A stretch of DNA of 64,000 bases from Dehalococcoidia bacterium (GTDB lineage Bacteria; Chloroflexota; Dehalococcoidia; Lucifugimonadales; UBA3495), in assembly GCA_965204865.1 (NCBI GenBank), contig OZ242027.1, positions 1,731,353 through 1,795,352 of the forward strand, given 5' to 3'. The notes beneath the pieces were generated by a model. That model saw only the letters and a list, made by a program, of their open reading frames with translations, was not told the DNA's origin and did no database searches. Shown here one piece after another: positions 51,047 to 60,786 of this stretch (its first letter is position 1; every line of letters begins with the position of its first letter). A program made the translations under genes and the position numbers.

Positions 51047-52780
51047 TTATTCCCATTCTATGGTTCCCGGCGGTTTGCTGGTGATGTCGTAGACTACGCG
51101 GTTAACGCCCGGCACTTCGTTCACGATGCGGTTGGAGATACGCGCCAGTACCTCGTAGGGCAGGCGCACCCAGTCGGCGGTCATGGCGTCCTCGCTGGTG
51201 ACGCAGCGCAGGGCGCAGACGTAGCCGTAGGTGCGGTAGTCGCCCTGCACGCCCACTGTGCGGCTGTCGCTGAGCACCGCGAAGCTCTGCCAGACGCAGT
51301 TGTACAGGTCTGCGCCCTTGATTTCGTCTATCACAATCCAGTCGCAAGCTCGGAGCATATCCAGCTTTTCCTGCGTCACCTCGCCTATGACGCGAATGGC
51401 GAGACCCGGCCCAGGGAAGGGCTGGCGATACACCATGTCCGGTGGCAGGCCCAGCTCCAGCCCCACGTCGCGCACCTCGTCCTTGAACAGGTAGCGCAAA
51501 GGCTCCACCAGTTGCAGCTTCATATTCTCCGGCAACCCGCCCACGTTGTGATGAGTCTTGATGCGGGCAGAAAGGCCAGAACCGGACGTTGGCGACGCCT
51601 CGCTCTCGATGACGTCGGGGTACAGCGTTCCTTGGGCCAGGAACTCGGTCTCGCCAAGACCAGAAGCCGCTTCCTCGAAGACGCGGATGAACTCTTCACC
51701 TATGACTTTCCGTTTGACTTCCGGGTCGGTGACGCCCGCCAGCCTTGTCACGAATCGCTCGGAAGCATCCACGTATTCCAGGTTCAGTCCCATGCCGCGG
51801 CGGAAGGTAGCCTGCACCCGTTCCGCCTCCTCCAGCCGCAGCAGGCCGTTGTTGACGAAGATGCAGGTGAGCTGGTCGCCGATGGCCCGGTGCAGCAGGG
51901 CGGCGGTGACAGCAGAGTCCACGCCGCCGGACAGGGCGCAGATGACCCTCCCGTCGCCCACCTGCTCGCGGATGCGGGCGATGGCGTCGGAGGCGACGTT
52001 GCCCGGCGTCCACGACCCCTCGCACTCACAGATGCGGAACAGGAAGTTCTCCAAAATATCGTTGCCAAGGGGTGTGTGGTTCACTTCCGGGTGGAACTGT
52101 ATGCCGAACATATCCCGCCCGTTGCCGATGGCGGCCACAGGGGAGTTCTCGGTGAAAGCCAGCGATGAGAAGCCCGTCGGCAATTCCTCCACCCGGTCGC
52201 CGTGGCTCATCCACACCTGGAAGGATGGGGGCAGTTCGTGGAACAACGGCGGGCGCCCGCCCGGTAGTCCCCAGCCTGCTGTGGGGGTGTCCTGATGCAA
52301 AACTGCGTGTCCGAATTCCTGCTTTGTCCCCCGGGCCACGCTCCCGCCCAACTGGTGCACCAACGCCTGCATTCCGTAGCAGATGCCCAGCACGGGGAGC
52401 CTTCGCTCGAATACCCAGTCGGGGATACGGGGCGCGCCTTCTTCGTAGACGCTGGCTGGCCCGCCGGACAGGATGATGCCCTTGGGGTTAATACGCTTCA
52501 CCTTCTCCCACGGGTCGGAGGGATTGGCAATCTCGGAATAGACCTTCAACTCCCGGACGCGGCGGGCGATGAGGTGGCTGTACTGCGAACCGAAGTCTAT
52601 GACCGCGATGCCTTCGTTGACCTGCCTGCCGGAGCCGGGGGACTCGGCCTCGGCGCCACTGGCGATTTCCAGGTAAGCCGAGACCTCCAGGTCATCGCTG
52701 GCGGCAACCCTTCGGCCTATCGGCAGCTTGGACGTAGTCGTGGCGGGCCTCCTTTGGCGGAGAATAATCAGTTCGACCAT
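51047..52780 (-). CDS. guaA: GMP synthase (glutamine-hydrolysing)
   Basis: GATase ICYGMQ, ATP-PPase ALSGGVDS, C-terminal KPPGTIEWE. The ORF carries a ~55-aa N-terminal extension before [10 protein letters not shown] with no internal canonical start, so the start is uncertain. Confidence 0.9.
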   Translation of the reverse strand: MVELIILRQRRPATTTSKLPIGRRVAASDDLEVSAYLEIASGAEAESPGSGRQVNEGIAVIDFGSQYSHLIARRVRELKVYSEIANPSDPWEKVKRINPKGIILSGGPASVYEEGAPRIPDWVFERRLPVLGICYGMQALVHQLGGSVARGTKQEFGHAVLHQDTPTAGWGLPGGRPPLFHELPPSFQVWMSHGDRVEELPTGFSSLAFTENSPVAAIGNGRDMFGIQFHPEVNHTPLGNDILENFLFRICECEGSWTPGNVASDAIARIREQVGDGRVICALSGGVDSAVTAALLHRAIGDQLTCIFVNNGLLRLEEAERVQATFRRGMGLNLEYVDASERFVTRLAGVTDPEVKRKVIGEEFIRVFEEAASGLGETEFLAQGTLYPDVIESEASPTSGSGLSARIKTHHNVGGLPENMKLQLVEPLRYLFKDEVRDVGLELGLPPDMVYRQPFPGPGLAIRVIGEVTQEKLDMLRACDWIVIDEIKGADLYNCVWQSFAVLSDSRTVGVQGDYRTYGYVCALRCVTSEDAMTADWVRLPYEVLARISNRIVNEVPGVNRVVYDITSKPPGTIEWE

Positions 52781-52967
52781 CGAAATTGAATTCTAGCGGC
52801 AATTATACCTAACCTGGGCATAAGTATACTATATGTTGTACAACCTCTTGGCATCAGGCTGCTGGTTTACACAGGCTGCTTTCCCCTCTTCTGGTCGATT
52901 ATCCCTTATTGACCGTCCGGTAGCGTCGTGGTAGCTTGACCCTCGAGACATTGACCGGCGGGCTGAT

Positions 52968-54650
52968 ATGAACGCACAGCAGACCCTTTCGGCAATCGAA
53001 ACGCCGCTGCCCTGGGAGACCACCATCGGGCGGGTCCTGGACCGCATCACGGACACCAACCCGGACAAGACCTTCGTGGAGATTGGCGGGAAGTCATATT
53101 CCTACCGCGACGTCCGTGACGGCGTGCTGCGGACGGCATCGCTATTCCGTGAACTGGGCGTGGGCCACGGCGACCGGGTCTGCCTGTTCATGCCCAACTG
53201 CGTTGAATACCTGTACTGCTGGTTCGGGCTGTCGGAGTTGGGCGCCATCAGCGTTCCCATCAACACCGCCTACCGCCGCGACGAGACCGCCTACATCCTG
53301 AACAACGCCGAGGCCGTCGCTCTGGTCACCGACCCGTCGCTGGCCGACGTGGCCGGGGCCGCCGCCGACCTCGCCCGCAGTATCCGCCACCGCATACTGA
53401 GGGGGGACGCCCTCACCCCCGTATCAAGTACGGGGCAGGCTCTATCTCTCTCCCAGAGGGAGAGGAAACTAGCGGGATGGACGTCCTTCCAAGAGGGCTT
53501 CGAGAGCGCCGAGCCTCTCGCCGACCGCCCCGAAGTCTCGCCCGACGACGTTTCGATGCTGGTCTACACTTCCGGGACGACCGGGAATCCCAAGGGCGTG
53601 ATGGTCACGCACCGGATGTACGCAGCGGCAGGGCAGGGGTTCGCCCACTGGACCCAGGCCACCTCGGAAGACCGCTTCTTCACCTGCCTGCCCTTCTACC
53701 ACGCCAACATCCAGTACTACTCGACCATGGGCGCGCTGGCCGCCGGAGCCACGCTGGTCATCGTTGACCGTTTCAGCGCGTCGCGGTTCTGGGGACAGGT
53801 GCGTGAGGCTCGCGCTACCGTGGTCAACTTCATCGGCATGATGATGCCGGTGCTGGCCAAGAACCCGGAATCCCCGGATGACGCTGACAATACCGTCCGC
53901 CTGTTCTACGGCTCGCCGTCCTTTTCACCAGAGTTCCTAAGCGAGTTCCAGGAACGCTTCGCTACCGACATCATCGTGGGCTTCGGCATGACCGAGACCT
54001 GCTACGGCACCATCGAGGCCATCCGAGAGGAGCGCCGCTCCGGTTCCTCGGGCCGCCCCCGCCAGCACGCGGACCCGCGCTTCGAGAACACCGTCCGCAT
54101 CGCCGACGCCGAGACCGGCCAGCACGTCGGCCCCAACACTGTGGGCGAAATTACCATCAAGAACCCGGCCGTAATGCCCGGCTACTGGCGCAACGACGAG
54201 CAGAACCGCGAGACCCTCCGCGACGGCTGGCTCTACACCGGCGACCTCGGCTGGCTGGACGAAGACGGCTTCCTGTACTTCGTTGACCGCAAGAAGGACA
54301 TAATCCGCCGCCGGGGGGAAAACATCTCCTCCCAGGAAGTGGAGAACGTCATCAAGGCCAACCCCGACGTCCTGGACTGCGCCGTTGTTGCCGTACCGTC
54401 CGAGCTGGGCGAAGACGAGGTGAAGGCCTACGTAACTCCGCGCCCCGGCGCCACAGTCAACCCCGAGGAAATCGTATACTGGTGCGCCGAGAACCTGGCC
54501 TACTTCAAGGTTCCCCGCTACTGGGAAGTGCGCGACGAGCTGCCCCGCACTCCCAGCCTGCGCGTCCGCAAGGACGTGCTGCGCCAGGAACGCGAAGACC
54601 TTATCGAGGGCTGCTACGACCGCGAAGCCGCCGGAATCCGCCTGCGATAA
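52968..54650 (+). CDS. AMP-dependent acyl-CoA synthetase/ligase carrying an in-frame REP-like insertion
   Basis: [46 protein letters not shown]. Residues ALTPVSSTGQALSLSQRERKL are encoded by a family A repeat (53408-53470). Confidence 0.88.
   Translation: MNAQQTLSAIETPLPWETTIGRVLDRITDTNPDKTFVEIGGKSYSYRDVRDGVLRTASLFRELGVGHGDRVCLFMPNCVEYLYCWFGLSELGAISVPINTAYRRDETAYILNNAEAVALVTDPSLADVAGAAADLARSIRHRILRGDALTPVSSTGQALSLSQRERKLAGWTSFQEGFESAEPLADRPEVSPDDVSMLVYTSGTTGNPKGVMVTHRMYAAAGQGFAHWTQATSEDRFFTCLPFYHANIQYYSTMGALAAGATLVIVDRFSASRFWGQVREARATVVNFIGMMMPVLAKNPESPDDADNTVRLFYGSPSFSPEFLSEFQERFATDIIVGFGMTETCYGTIEAIREERRSGSSGRPRQHADPRFENTVRIADAETGQHVGPNTVGEITIKNPAVMPGYWRNDEQNRETLRDGWLYTGDLGWLDEDGFLYFVDRKKDIIRRRGENISSQEVENVIKANPDVLDCAVVAVPSELGEDEVKAYVTPRPGATVNPEEIVYWCAENLAYFKVPRYWEVRDELPRTPSLRVRKDVLRQEREDLIEGCYDREAAGIRLR
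53408..53470 (+). repeat. REP-like repeat, family A long form (two hairpins), intragenic and in frame
   Basis: CGCCCTCACCCCCGTATCAAGTACGGGGCAGGCTCTATCTCTCTCCCAGAGGGAGAGGAAACT is colinear with the reverse complement of the intergenic long copy at 54700-54758 (CCTCACCCCC-hairpin-GGCTCTA-hairpin-AA). About 63 bp. Confidence 0.75.
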
Positions 54651-54699
54651 CCTTCACTCTTTTTAGCCAACAGGGTTAAGGTGACGGCACACGGCCCCC

Positions 54700-54758
54700 A
54701 ATTCCCTTCCTTCCAGGGAGAGGGTTAGAGCCTGCCTCTGCGAAGGCAGGGGGTGAGG
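54700..54758 (-). repeat. REP-like repeat, family A long form (two hairpins)
   Basis: AATTCCCTTCCTTCCAGGGAGAGGGTTAGAGCCTGCCTCTGCGAAGGCAGGGGGTGAGG. Confidence 0.75.
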
Positions 54759-54763
54759 TGAAA

Positions 54764-55243
54764 ATGTCGGAATCGAGATACTGGCTATTCAAGTCTGAAC
54801 CGTCGGCCTACTCCTTCAATGACCTGCTCAATGAAGAGAACAGGACCGCGGAGTGGGACGGCGTTCGCAACTACCAGGCCCGCAACTTCATGCGCGACGA
54901 TATGAAGGTGGGCGACAAAGTGCTGTTCTACCACAGCAGCGCCAAACCCACCGCGGTGGTGGGCACCGCCCGCATCGCCAAGGAAGCCTACCCTGACGCC
55001 ACCGCCTGGGACCCCAACGACAAGCACTACGACCCCAAGAGCAGTCCTGGCGAGACGGTCTGGATGGTGGTCGAAATTCAGGCCGAGGCGCCCTTGCCCA
55101 ATCCCGTGACGCTGGCGGATGTAAAGGCCAACCCCAGGCTGAAAGATATGCTGCTGATTCGGAAGGGCCAGCGCCTCTCCATCCAGCCCGTCACCAAAGA
55201 GGAATACGACGAAATCGTGGCGATGGGCAACAGCGCGGGATAA
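54764..55243 (+). CDS. EVE (PUA-like) domain protein
   Basis: YWLFKSEPSAYSFNDL...WDGVRNYQARNFMRDDMKVGDKVLFYHS. ATG 54764 preferred over GTG 54758. Confidence 0.85.
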   Translation: MSESRYWLFKSEPSAYSFNDLLNEENRTAEWDGVRNYQARNFMRDDMKVGDKVLFYHSSAKPTAVVGTARIAKEAYPDATAWDPNDKHYDPKSSPGETVWMVVEIQAEAPLPNPVTLADVKANPRLKDMLLIRKGQRLSIQPVTKEEYDEIVAMGNSAG

Positions 55244-55294
55244 TCTCTCCTCCCACTGCACCATGGACTGACAGCATAATCAGGGACGAATATC

Positions 55295-56848
55295 ATGCCC
55301 AACAGTGACACCAGCGCGGCTCGCAGCTTCCACGACGCCACCAAGCTCAGCTACATCAGCCTCTCGACCAAGCCATCGCTGTACAAGTCCTATCCGGGAC
55401 TACCCGCCGTCACGCTTCCTGCCGAACTGCCGTCGCCCGAATTGCCTACGCTGAACGCAGTGGGTGGGGGCTCAGGTAAATCCGGCGGCCCGCTGGACTC
55501 CCAGGCGGTGGCGCAGTTGTTGCATTACTCCGCCGGACTGATACGCCGCAGCTACCTTCGCTCCGCCGGCGAGGTGCACTATCGCGCCGCCGCATCCGCC
55601 GGGGCGCTGTATCCCATCGAGCTGTACGTGGTCTGTGGCGACCTGCCCGGCCTGGGCGCTGGCGTCTATCACTACGGTCCCGCTGCTAATGAGCTGACAC
55701 TGCTGCGCCCAGGGGACTTCCGGGGGAATCTGGCGGCTGCAACAGTAGGGCAGCCCAGCGTCGCCAACGCTCCCGCCACCATCATCTGCACCTGCGTTTT
55801 CTGGCGCAGCGCCTGGAAATACCGCGAGCGCGGATACCGCTACTGCTATTGGGACAACGGTACAATCCTCGCCAATATGACCGCCGCCGCCAATGCTCTG
55901 GGCCATTCCGCCGAGGTGGTCGCCGGATTCGTCGATGCTGATGTCAACGTCCTGCTCGGCTTGGAGTCCGGCAGCGAGGCCTCCTTCTTCCTGGTTCCCA
56001 TCGGCGAAGGGGATGCCGTCCCGCCTGCCGTTGACCAGCTTACCGCAGTGGACGCCGGCATCCTGGGAGACGAGCGGCGCACCGAATACCCGGAAACCCG
56101 CGCTCTCCACGTCAATTCCTGCCTGACCGGCGCTGCGGAAGTGCGCGACTGGCATAGGTCGGCTCCGGCAAATCGGGCCGCGAATGCCCCTGAATGGCCG
56201 GAATCCGAGCCACTGGGCGAGACCATTGCCCACCGCGGCTCAACCCGCCGGTTCGCCCGCGAGGCGATGCCTGGGGGGCGGCTGGAGGCCCTGCTATCCG
56301 CGTCTACCGCCCCGGTTCCTGCGGACTATGGCGGCGGGCTGATTGACACCTACCTGATTGTCAACGCGGCGGAAGGAACCGCCCCCGGCGCATACTACTA
56401 TTCACCGGCAAACGGCAGCTTGGAGTTGGTTCAAGAAGGCGAGTTCCGCGAAGAAGCGGGCCACCTGTGTTTCGAGCAGGCGTTGGGCGCCGACGCCGGC
56501 GCAGTCGCCTTTTTCATGGCCGACCTCGACGCCATCCTGTCCCGTTTCGGCAACCGGGGCTACCGCATCGCCCAGCTCGAGGCCGGGATAATCGGCGGCC
56601 GGATGTATCTGGCATCCCACTCAATGGGCTTGGGCGCAACGGGAATGACCTTCTTTGACGACGCCGTCACCGCCTTCTTCTCGCCCCACGCGGCGGGCAA
56701 GAGCCTGATGTTCCTGGTCGGCCTCGGAGTTACCCACCAGCGCAACCAGGTGCATCCCTTCCGCTCCCGCATAGGGATGCTCAAGGACTCGCTGGCCCGC
56801 GGCGCCGGCGGCCAAAGCGAGGGAGTCCCCGACTGGCTCTATGCCTGA
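55295..56848 (+). CDS. SagB/ThcOx-type nitroreductase-fold dehydrogenase (two nitroreductase-like halves)
   Basis: FHDATKLSY, YRAAASAGALYPIELYVV, GYRYCYWDNG; second half STRRFA, GYRIAQLEAGIIGGRMYL. Confidence 0.75.
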   Translation: MPNSDTSAARSFHDATKLSYISLSTKPSLYKSYPGLPAVTLPAELPSPELPTLNAVGGGSGKSGGPLDSQAVAQLLHYSAGLIRRSYLRSAGEVHYRAAASAGALYPIELYVVCGDLPGLGAGVYHYGPAANELTLLRPGDFRGNLAAATVGQPSVANAPATIICTCVFWRSAWKYRERGYRYCYWDNGTILANMTAAANALGHSAEVVAGFVDADVNVLLGLESGSEASFFLVPIGEGDAVPPAVDQLTAVDAGILGDERRTEYPETRALHVNSCLTGAAEVRDWHRSAPANRAANAPEWPESEPLGETIAHRGSTRRFAREAMPGGRLEALLSASTAPVPADYGGGLIDTYLIVNAAEGTAPGAYYYSPANGSLELVQEGEFREEAGHLCFEQALGADAGAVAFFMADLDAILSRFGNRGYRIAQLEAGIIGGRMYLASHSMGLGATGMTFFDDAVTAFFSPHAAGKSLMFLVGLGVTHQRNQVHPFRSRIGMLKDSLARGAGGQSEGVPDWLYA

Positions 56849-56894
56849 TTCGGGAATTGCAAATCACCGCAATGGCTCTGGGAATTGTCAGCAG

Positions 56895-57175
56895 ATGAGA
56901 ACTTCGCTGAATTTTCTCTTCGTGTTGTTCCTGTGTATGTTGGGAGCACTGGCCTGCACGAGCGACGCGCCCACACAGGCCGTAGCAACGGCTGCGGTTC
57001 GAACAACACCCCAGACTAACGCCACGGGTCAACCCTTAGATTCTACTCCAACAGCTGCCCCTACCCCCGCACCAGCGGAGAACTCCCTGCCGCCTCCCAC
57101 TCAGGCCTCATGGATGCCATCAACGCCGACAACCGTTCCAACCCCAACGCCTGCGCCAACCGCGACGCCTCTACC
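56895..57175 (+). pseudogene. 5' part of an IS3-interrupted lipoprotein gene (signal peptide + PT-rich linker)
   Basis: MRTSLNFLFVLFLCMLGALAC (lipobox-like) then a P/T/A-rich linker. The reading frame continues exactly at 58595 if the IS and one ACC copy are removed. Confidence 0.8.
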
Positions 57176-57265
57176 TGAGGTGGACCCAAGAAACTGGACA
57201 GGTAGCTAAGTGGGAATCCTGCTCCTAGACTGAGGGCAGCGACAGCTGTCGAGGAGGAGCGGGAA

Positions 57266-57574
57266 ATGTCCAGAGAGCGAAGAAAGCACAGCCCGGCCTT
57301 CAAGGCCAAAGTTGCGCTGGAGGCAATGAAGGGCGAGCAGACGGTGGCCGAGCTGGCCGCCCGGTTCGAGGTTCACCCCAACCAGATTCAGACATGGAAG
57401 AAGGCGCTGGTCGACGGCGCGGCCGTCATCTTTGACCAGGGCAACGGGACCAATGCCAATAAGGACAGGGGTCAGAAGAGCAAGAACAACGACGCCCTGG
57501 TGGCCCGGCTGTACCAGCAGATCGGCCAGCTGAAGGTGGAGCGGGATTTCTTGGAGGAAAGGTCCGGTCCATGA
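57266..57574 (+). CDS. IS3-family transposase OrfA (HTH)
   Basis: [43 protein letters not shown]-terminal leucine-zipper-like [16 protein letters not shown]. Confidence 0.88.
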   Translation: MSRERRKHSPAFKAKVALEAMKGEQTVAELAARFEVHPNQIQTWKKALVDGAAVIFDQGNGTNANKDRGQKSKNNDALVARLYQQIGQLKVERDFLEERSGP

Positions 57575-58563
57575 CTCCGGCACGGCGGCGTGAGTTGGTG
57601 GACCGGCGATATGGGCGCCTGTCCGTGGTGCGGCAGTGCCGGTTGCTGGGCGTCAGCCGCTCCAGCTTCTACTATCGTGCCAAGGGGACCTCACCACAGG
57701 ATCTGTCCCTGATGCGGGAGATCGACCGCCAGTACCTGGAGACGCCGTTCTACGGTTCCAGGCGGATGAAAGCCTGTCTGGAGAGGCAGGGCCAGCCGGC
57801 CAGCAGAAAGCGGGTGCAGCGGCTGATGCGGGTCATGGGGCTGCGAGCCATCTACCGGCGTCCCAGCACCAGCCGGCCGGCGCCGGAGCAACGGGTCTAT
57901 CCCTACCTGCTGCGGGAGGCCAGGATCACCCAGCCCAACCAGGTGTGGGCGGCGGAGCAACGGGTCTATCCCTACCTGCTGCGGGAGGCCAGGATCACCC
58001 AGCCCAACCAGGTGTGGGCGGCGGACATCACCTACCTGCCCATGGCCCGGGGGTTCCTGTACCTGGTGGCGGTGATGGACTGGCACAGCCGCTACGTGCT
58101 GGCCTGGCGATTGTCCAACACCCTGGAGGCGGGCTTCTGTGCCGAGGCGCTGACTGAGGCGTTGGGCTGTGGCAGGCCCGAGGTGTTCAACACGGACCAG
58201 GGAAGCCAGTTCACCAGCCGGGAGTTCACGCAGATACTGCAGGATCACTCGGTGAAGATCAGCATGGACGGCCGGGGCAGGTATCAGGACAACATCTTCG
58301 TGGAGCGGCTATGGCGGACGGTGAAGTACGAGGAGGTGTACCTGAAGGCCTACGCCAACGCCACTGAGGCGCGCCGGGGACTGGGAGAATATTTCCGGTT
58401 CTATAACAACCGCAGGCCGCACCAGGCATTGGGCTACCGGACACCGGCCGAGGTCTTCTACGGAGAGCCTGAAATAGAGGAGTTGAAAGAGAGGAGGTGT
58501 TTGGACCGACCGGTATTGGTACCATACGAAGGAGCGCAGGAGTCCCACTTAATTGCGGCCTAA
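57571..58563 (+). CDS. IS3-family transposase OrfB (rve/DDE integrase core) with 23-aa internal tandem duplication
   Basis: In the -1 frame relative to orfA, with an ATGA overlap. [10 protein letters not shown]...[63 protein letters not shown] occurs twice in tandem. Confidence 0.85.
   Translation: MTPARRRELVDRRYGRLSVVRQCRLLGVSRSSFYYRAKGTSPQDLSLMREIDRQYLETPFYGSRRMKACLERQGQPASRKRVQRLMRVMGLRAIYRRPSTSRPAPEQRVYPYLLREARITQPNQVWAAEQRVYPYLLREARITQPNQVWAADITYLPMARGFLYLVAVMDWHSRYVLAWRLSNTLEAGFCAEALTEALGCGRPEVFNTDQGSQFTSREFTQILQDHSVKISMDGRGRYQDNIFVERLWRTVKYEEVYLKAYANATEARRGLGEYFRFYNNRRPHQALGYRTPAEVFYGEPEIEELKERRCLDRPVLVPYEGAQESHLIAA
57886..58023 (+). repeat. Perfect 69-bp x2 tandem duplication inside IS3 orfB
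   Basis: 57886-57954 and 57955-58023 are identical base for base (GAGCAACGGGTCTATCCCTACCTGCTGCGGGAGGCCAGGATCACCCAGCCCAACCAGGTGTGGGCGGCG). Confidence 0.9.
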
Positions 58564-58594
58564 TCCTGTCCAACCAATGGGGTCCACCTCAACC

Positions 58595-60722
58595 AGCACC
58601 TGCTCCTACACTCGCGCCGACGCCCGCGCCAACCCCGACAACCGTCCCAACCCCAACGCCTGCACCAACTGCAATGCCCACAGTAGCGCATGCCCCTACG
58701 CCCACGGTTTCCCCTACTTTGACTCCAACATCAACGCCGATCCCGACCACGACCCCGACTCCCACGCCAGCCCCAACACCCACACCCCTACCCACCCCAA
58801 CGGCTGCACCCACACTGATCCTCAAACCTACTGCTACCCCAACTCCAATACCGGAACTGAAAGAACGAATCTATCAAGGAGCCAATCTATCCGGTTGGGA
58901 AGTGGTAGTTGGGGATGGTCTTTACGTTCAAGAAGGTGAACGCCCTGTAGATATACAAGACTTGGAGACCGTGCACTTTGATGATTACAGCGAGCTGCGA
59001 GCCAATATCAAGGGAAGAGGTATTATGGCTCACAATATAACTGTCAAAAGATTCAGAGATCCTGACGCCTTCAAGTTCAATCATAGATTGAAGTACGAAT
59101 TTCGGCTTCCTTACGAACCTGTCAAAGGCGACAGCGAGTTTAATCCGCAGACGATAGAAGGGTCCCTTCAAATTTGGGACGGGGCAAATAGGAGGATAGA
59201 TTACGTTACCGGTTTTCAGTGGGACCTGAACCCATGGGACCCTGACTATGGCTCTATTGATATGTGGTTTGGCAGTATAAAGAGATGGCAAAAGGTTGGG
59301 TTTTTGAAGCCGGATACTTTGTGGCATACATTTGAAGGCTATATTGATTTCGAGAATAACAGAACTTGGATCAGCATTGATGGTGTGAAGTACGAATCTG
59401 AACTATACGAAACGAGCAGAGCAGGTTTGCGTTGGGGACGGGATGTTTCGGCTAGAACAAATGCTGAGATGATAAGCCTCTGGCCCGGGAAAACAAGTGG
59501 GGGCGCTAAACACAGGGCTCAATTCAGAAACTGGGTTTGGATCTGGGAGCCTATTCCCGGAGCCACCGCTGTTTACCACCCTGCGCCAACTGCTACGCCT
59601 GTCGGTATCGATGCAACTGCCATCACCAAGGAGAAGGCGGACAGGATAAAGTCCCGGATAGGCCTGACGGCCGAAAAGACCGTAATAGCCGCCTACATGG
59701 GTTGGTACGGGCTTTCGCTGGGGACTGAATGGAAGCACTGGGAGTGGAAGGGCGAAAACCCTCACGATCCAAGAAAATTCGTCAGCGAAGGCCGGCGCGA
59801 TATAGCTGCGGTGAACTACCCGATGATTGGACCGTACCGGTCGACCGACCCGAGACTGCTGCGGTACCACATCAGGCTTGCCAGGGCGGCAGGCATCGAC
59901 TGCATGTCGGTTTACTGGACTACGTACCGGTATCTGCCTGGTATCGATCTGAAGTACCAAGACCGAAACTTCTCGCTGATGATGGATGTGGCGGATGAGG
60001 AAGATTATTGCCTGACGGTGAGAATGCAGCCCAAGATTCACTTCAATGGATGGGTGAAGCACCCTTCCAGGGAGGAAGCCTTAAGCGCCGTCGAAGACGA
60101 TTTCAGATATGCGTTGCACCAATACAGCAAGCGCAAGAGTTTTATGAAGCACCAGGGCTTGCCCGTGTTGTTTGTTTACGGAACATCCAGGCTCACCCCG
60201 GAGGAATGGGCCAAGTTGGTCTCAAACCTTGAACGGGAAGGCCACTACTTCATCATGGTCAGCGACAGTCCCGATCCCGCCTATTTCGGGCCATTTAGCA
60301 GTTTCTACAAATGGCCGTGCTGGTCGTGTGTCAAGAGAGATGGCGATGCCTACTTCTCAGACGTGCTGCGCAGGATGAAAAAGCACAGCGTCGGGCGGGA
60401 CGACGTGGTTCTAGCTGCAGGCGTTTGGCCCGGTTTCGACGACACCGGAGTCTGGGGTTGGGGAGACGGTCCGAGGGTCTGGGATAGGCGAGGGGGCGAG
60501 TCTTACAAGGTTACATGGGAAGCCGCGCTCGCTCACGATGCGCGATGGATCAAGATCGTAACGTTCAACGACTGGAATGAAGGAACGGAGATTGAGCCCA
60601 GCATCGAACACGGCTTTGGTTACATTGAACAAACGGCAGAGTGGATAGGCAAGTTCAAAGGCGTTGCAATAGACTGGTCGCCAGCGATACAGCTCACGAA
60701 CAATTTCATTTCGGGTAAATGA
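58595..60722 (+). pseudogene. 3' part of the IS3-interrupted lipoprotein gene: PT-rich linker, unknown beta-rich domain, GH99-like (WbsX/endo-mannosidase-like) domain
   Basis: PAPAPTLAPTPAPTPTT... linker, then C-terminal AAYMGWYG...WKHWEW, NYPMIGPYRSTDP, AGIDCMSVYW, WPGFDDTG, IVTFNDWNEGTEIEPS (compare GH99 NEWHEGTQIE). Confidence 0.75.
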
Positions 60723-60786
60723 ACCAGGAATTGTGAACTTGAATAGCGCCCAACGGGTCAGACTCCCTGTTTCTGATACCTGCTTC

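Larger units (their letters stand above)
57176..58591 (+). mobile_element. IS3-family insertion sequence (orfA/orfB in 0/-1 frames) with 3-bp target-site duplication ACC
   Basis: IRL TGAGGTGGACCCAAGAAACTGGACAGG..TAAGTGGGAATCC and inverse IRR TGAGGTGGACCCCATTGGTTGGACAGG..TAAGTGGGACTCC. ACC at 57173-57175 and 58592-58594. Confidence 0.88.

Noticed and set aside
52781-52967. Purine/ZTP-type riboswitch or other leader element upstream of guaA and in the pur spacers
   Set aside because: No conserved riboswitch core sequence was recognisable by eye. The region reads as an AT-rich divergent promoter spacer. An Rfam scan would be needed to exclude one.
55295-56848. TOMM/thiazole-oxazole RiPP locus inferred from the SagB-type dehydrogenase
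   Set aside because: No YcaO/cyclodehydratase, docking protein or precursor ORF lies in the flanking 5 kb.
58595-58860. Periodic ACC/CCN/GCN repeats as a tandem-repeat array or CRISPR-like structure
   Set aside because: The region is in frame with the flanking coding sequence and encodes a Pro/Thr/Ala linker. It has no repeat-spacer periodicity. Similar linkers occur in the 5' gene fragment and in the BMP lipoprotein.
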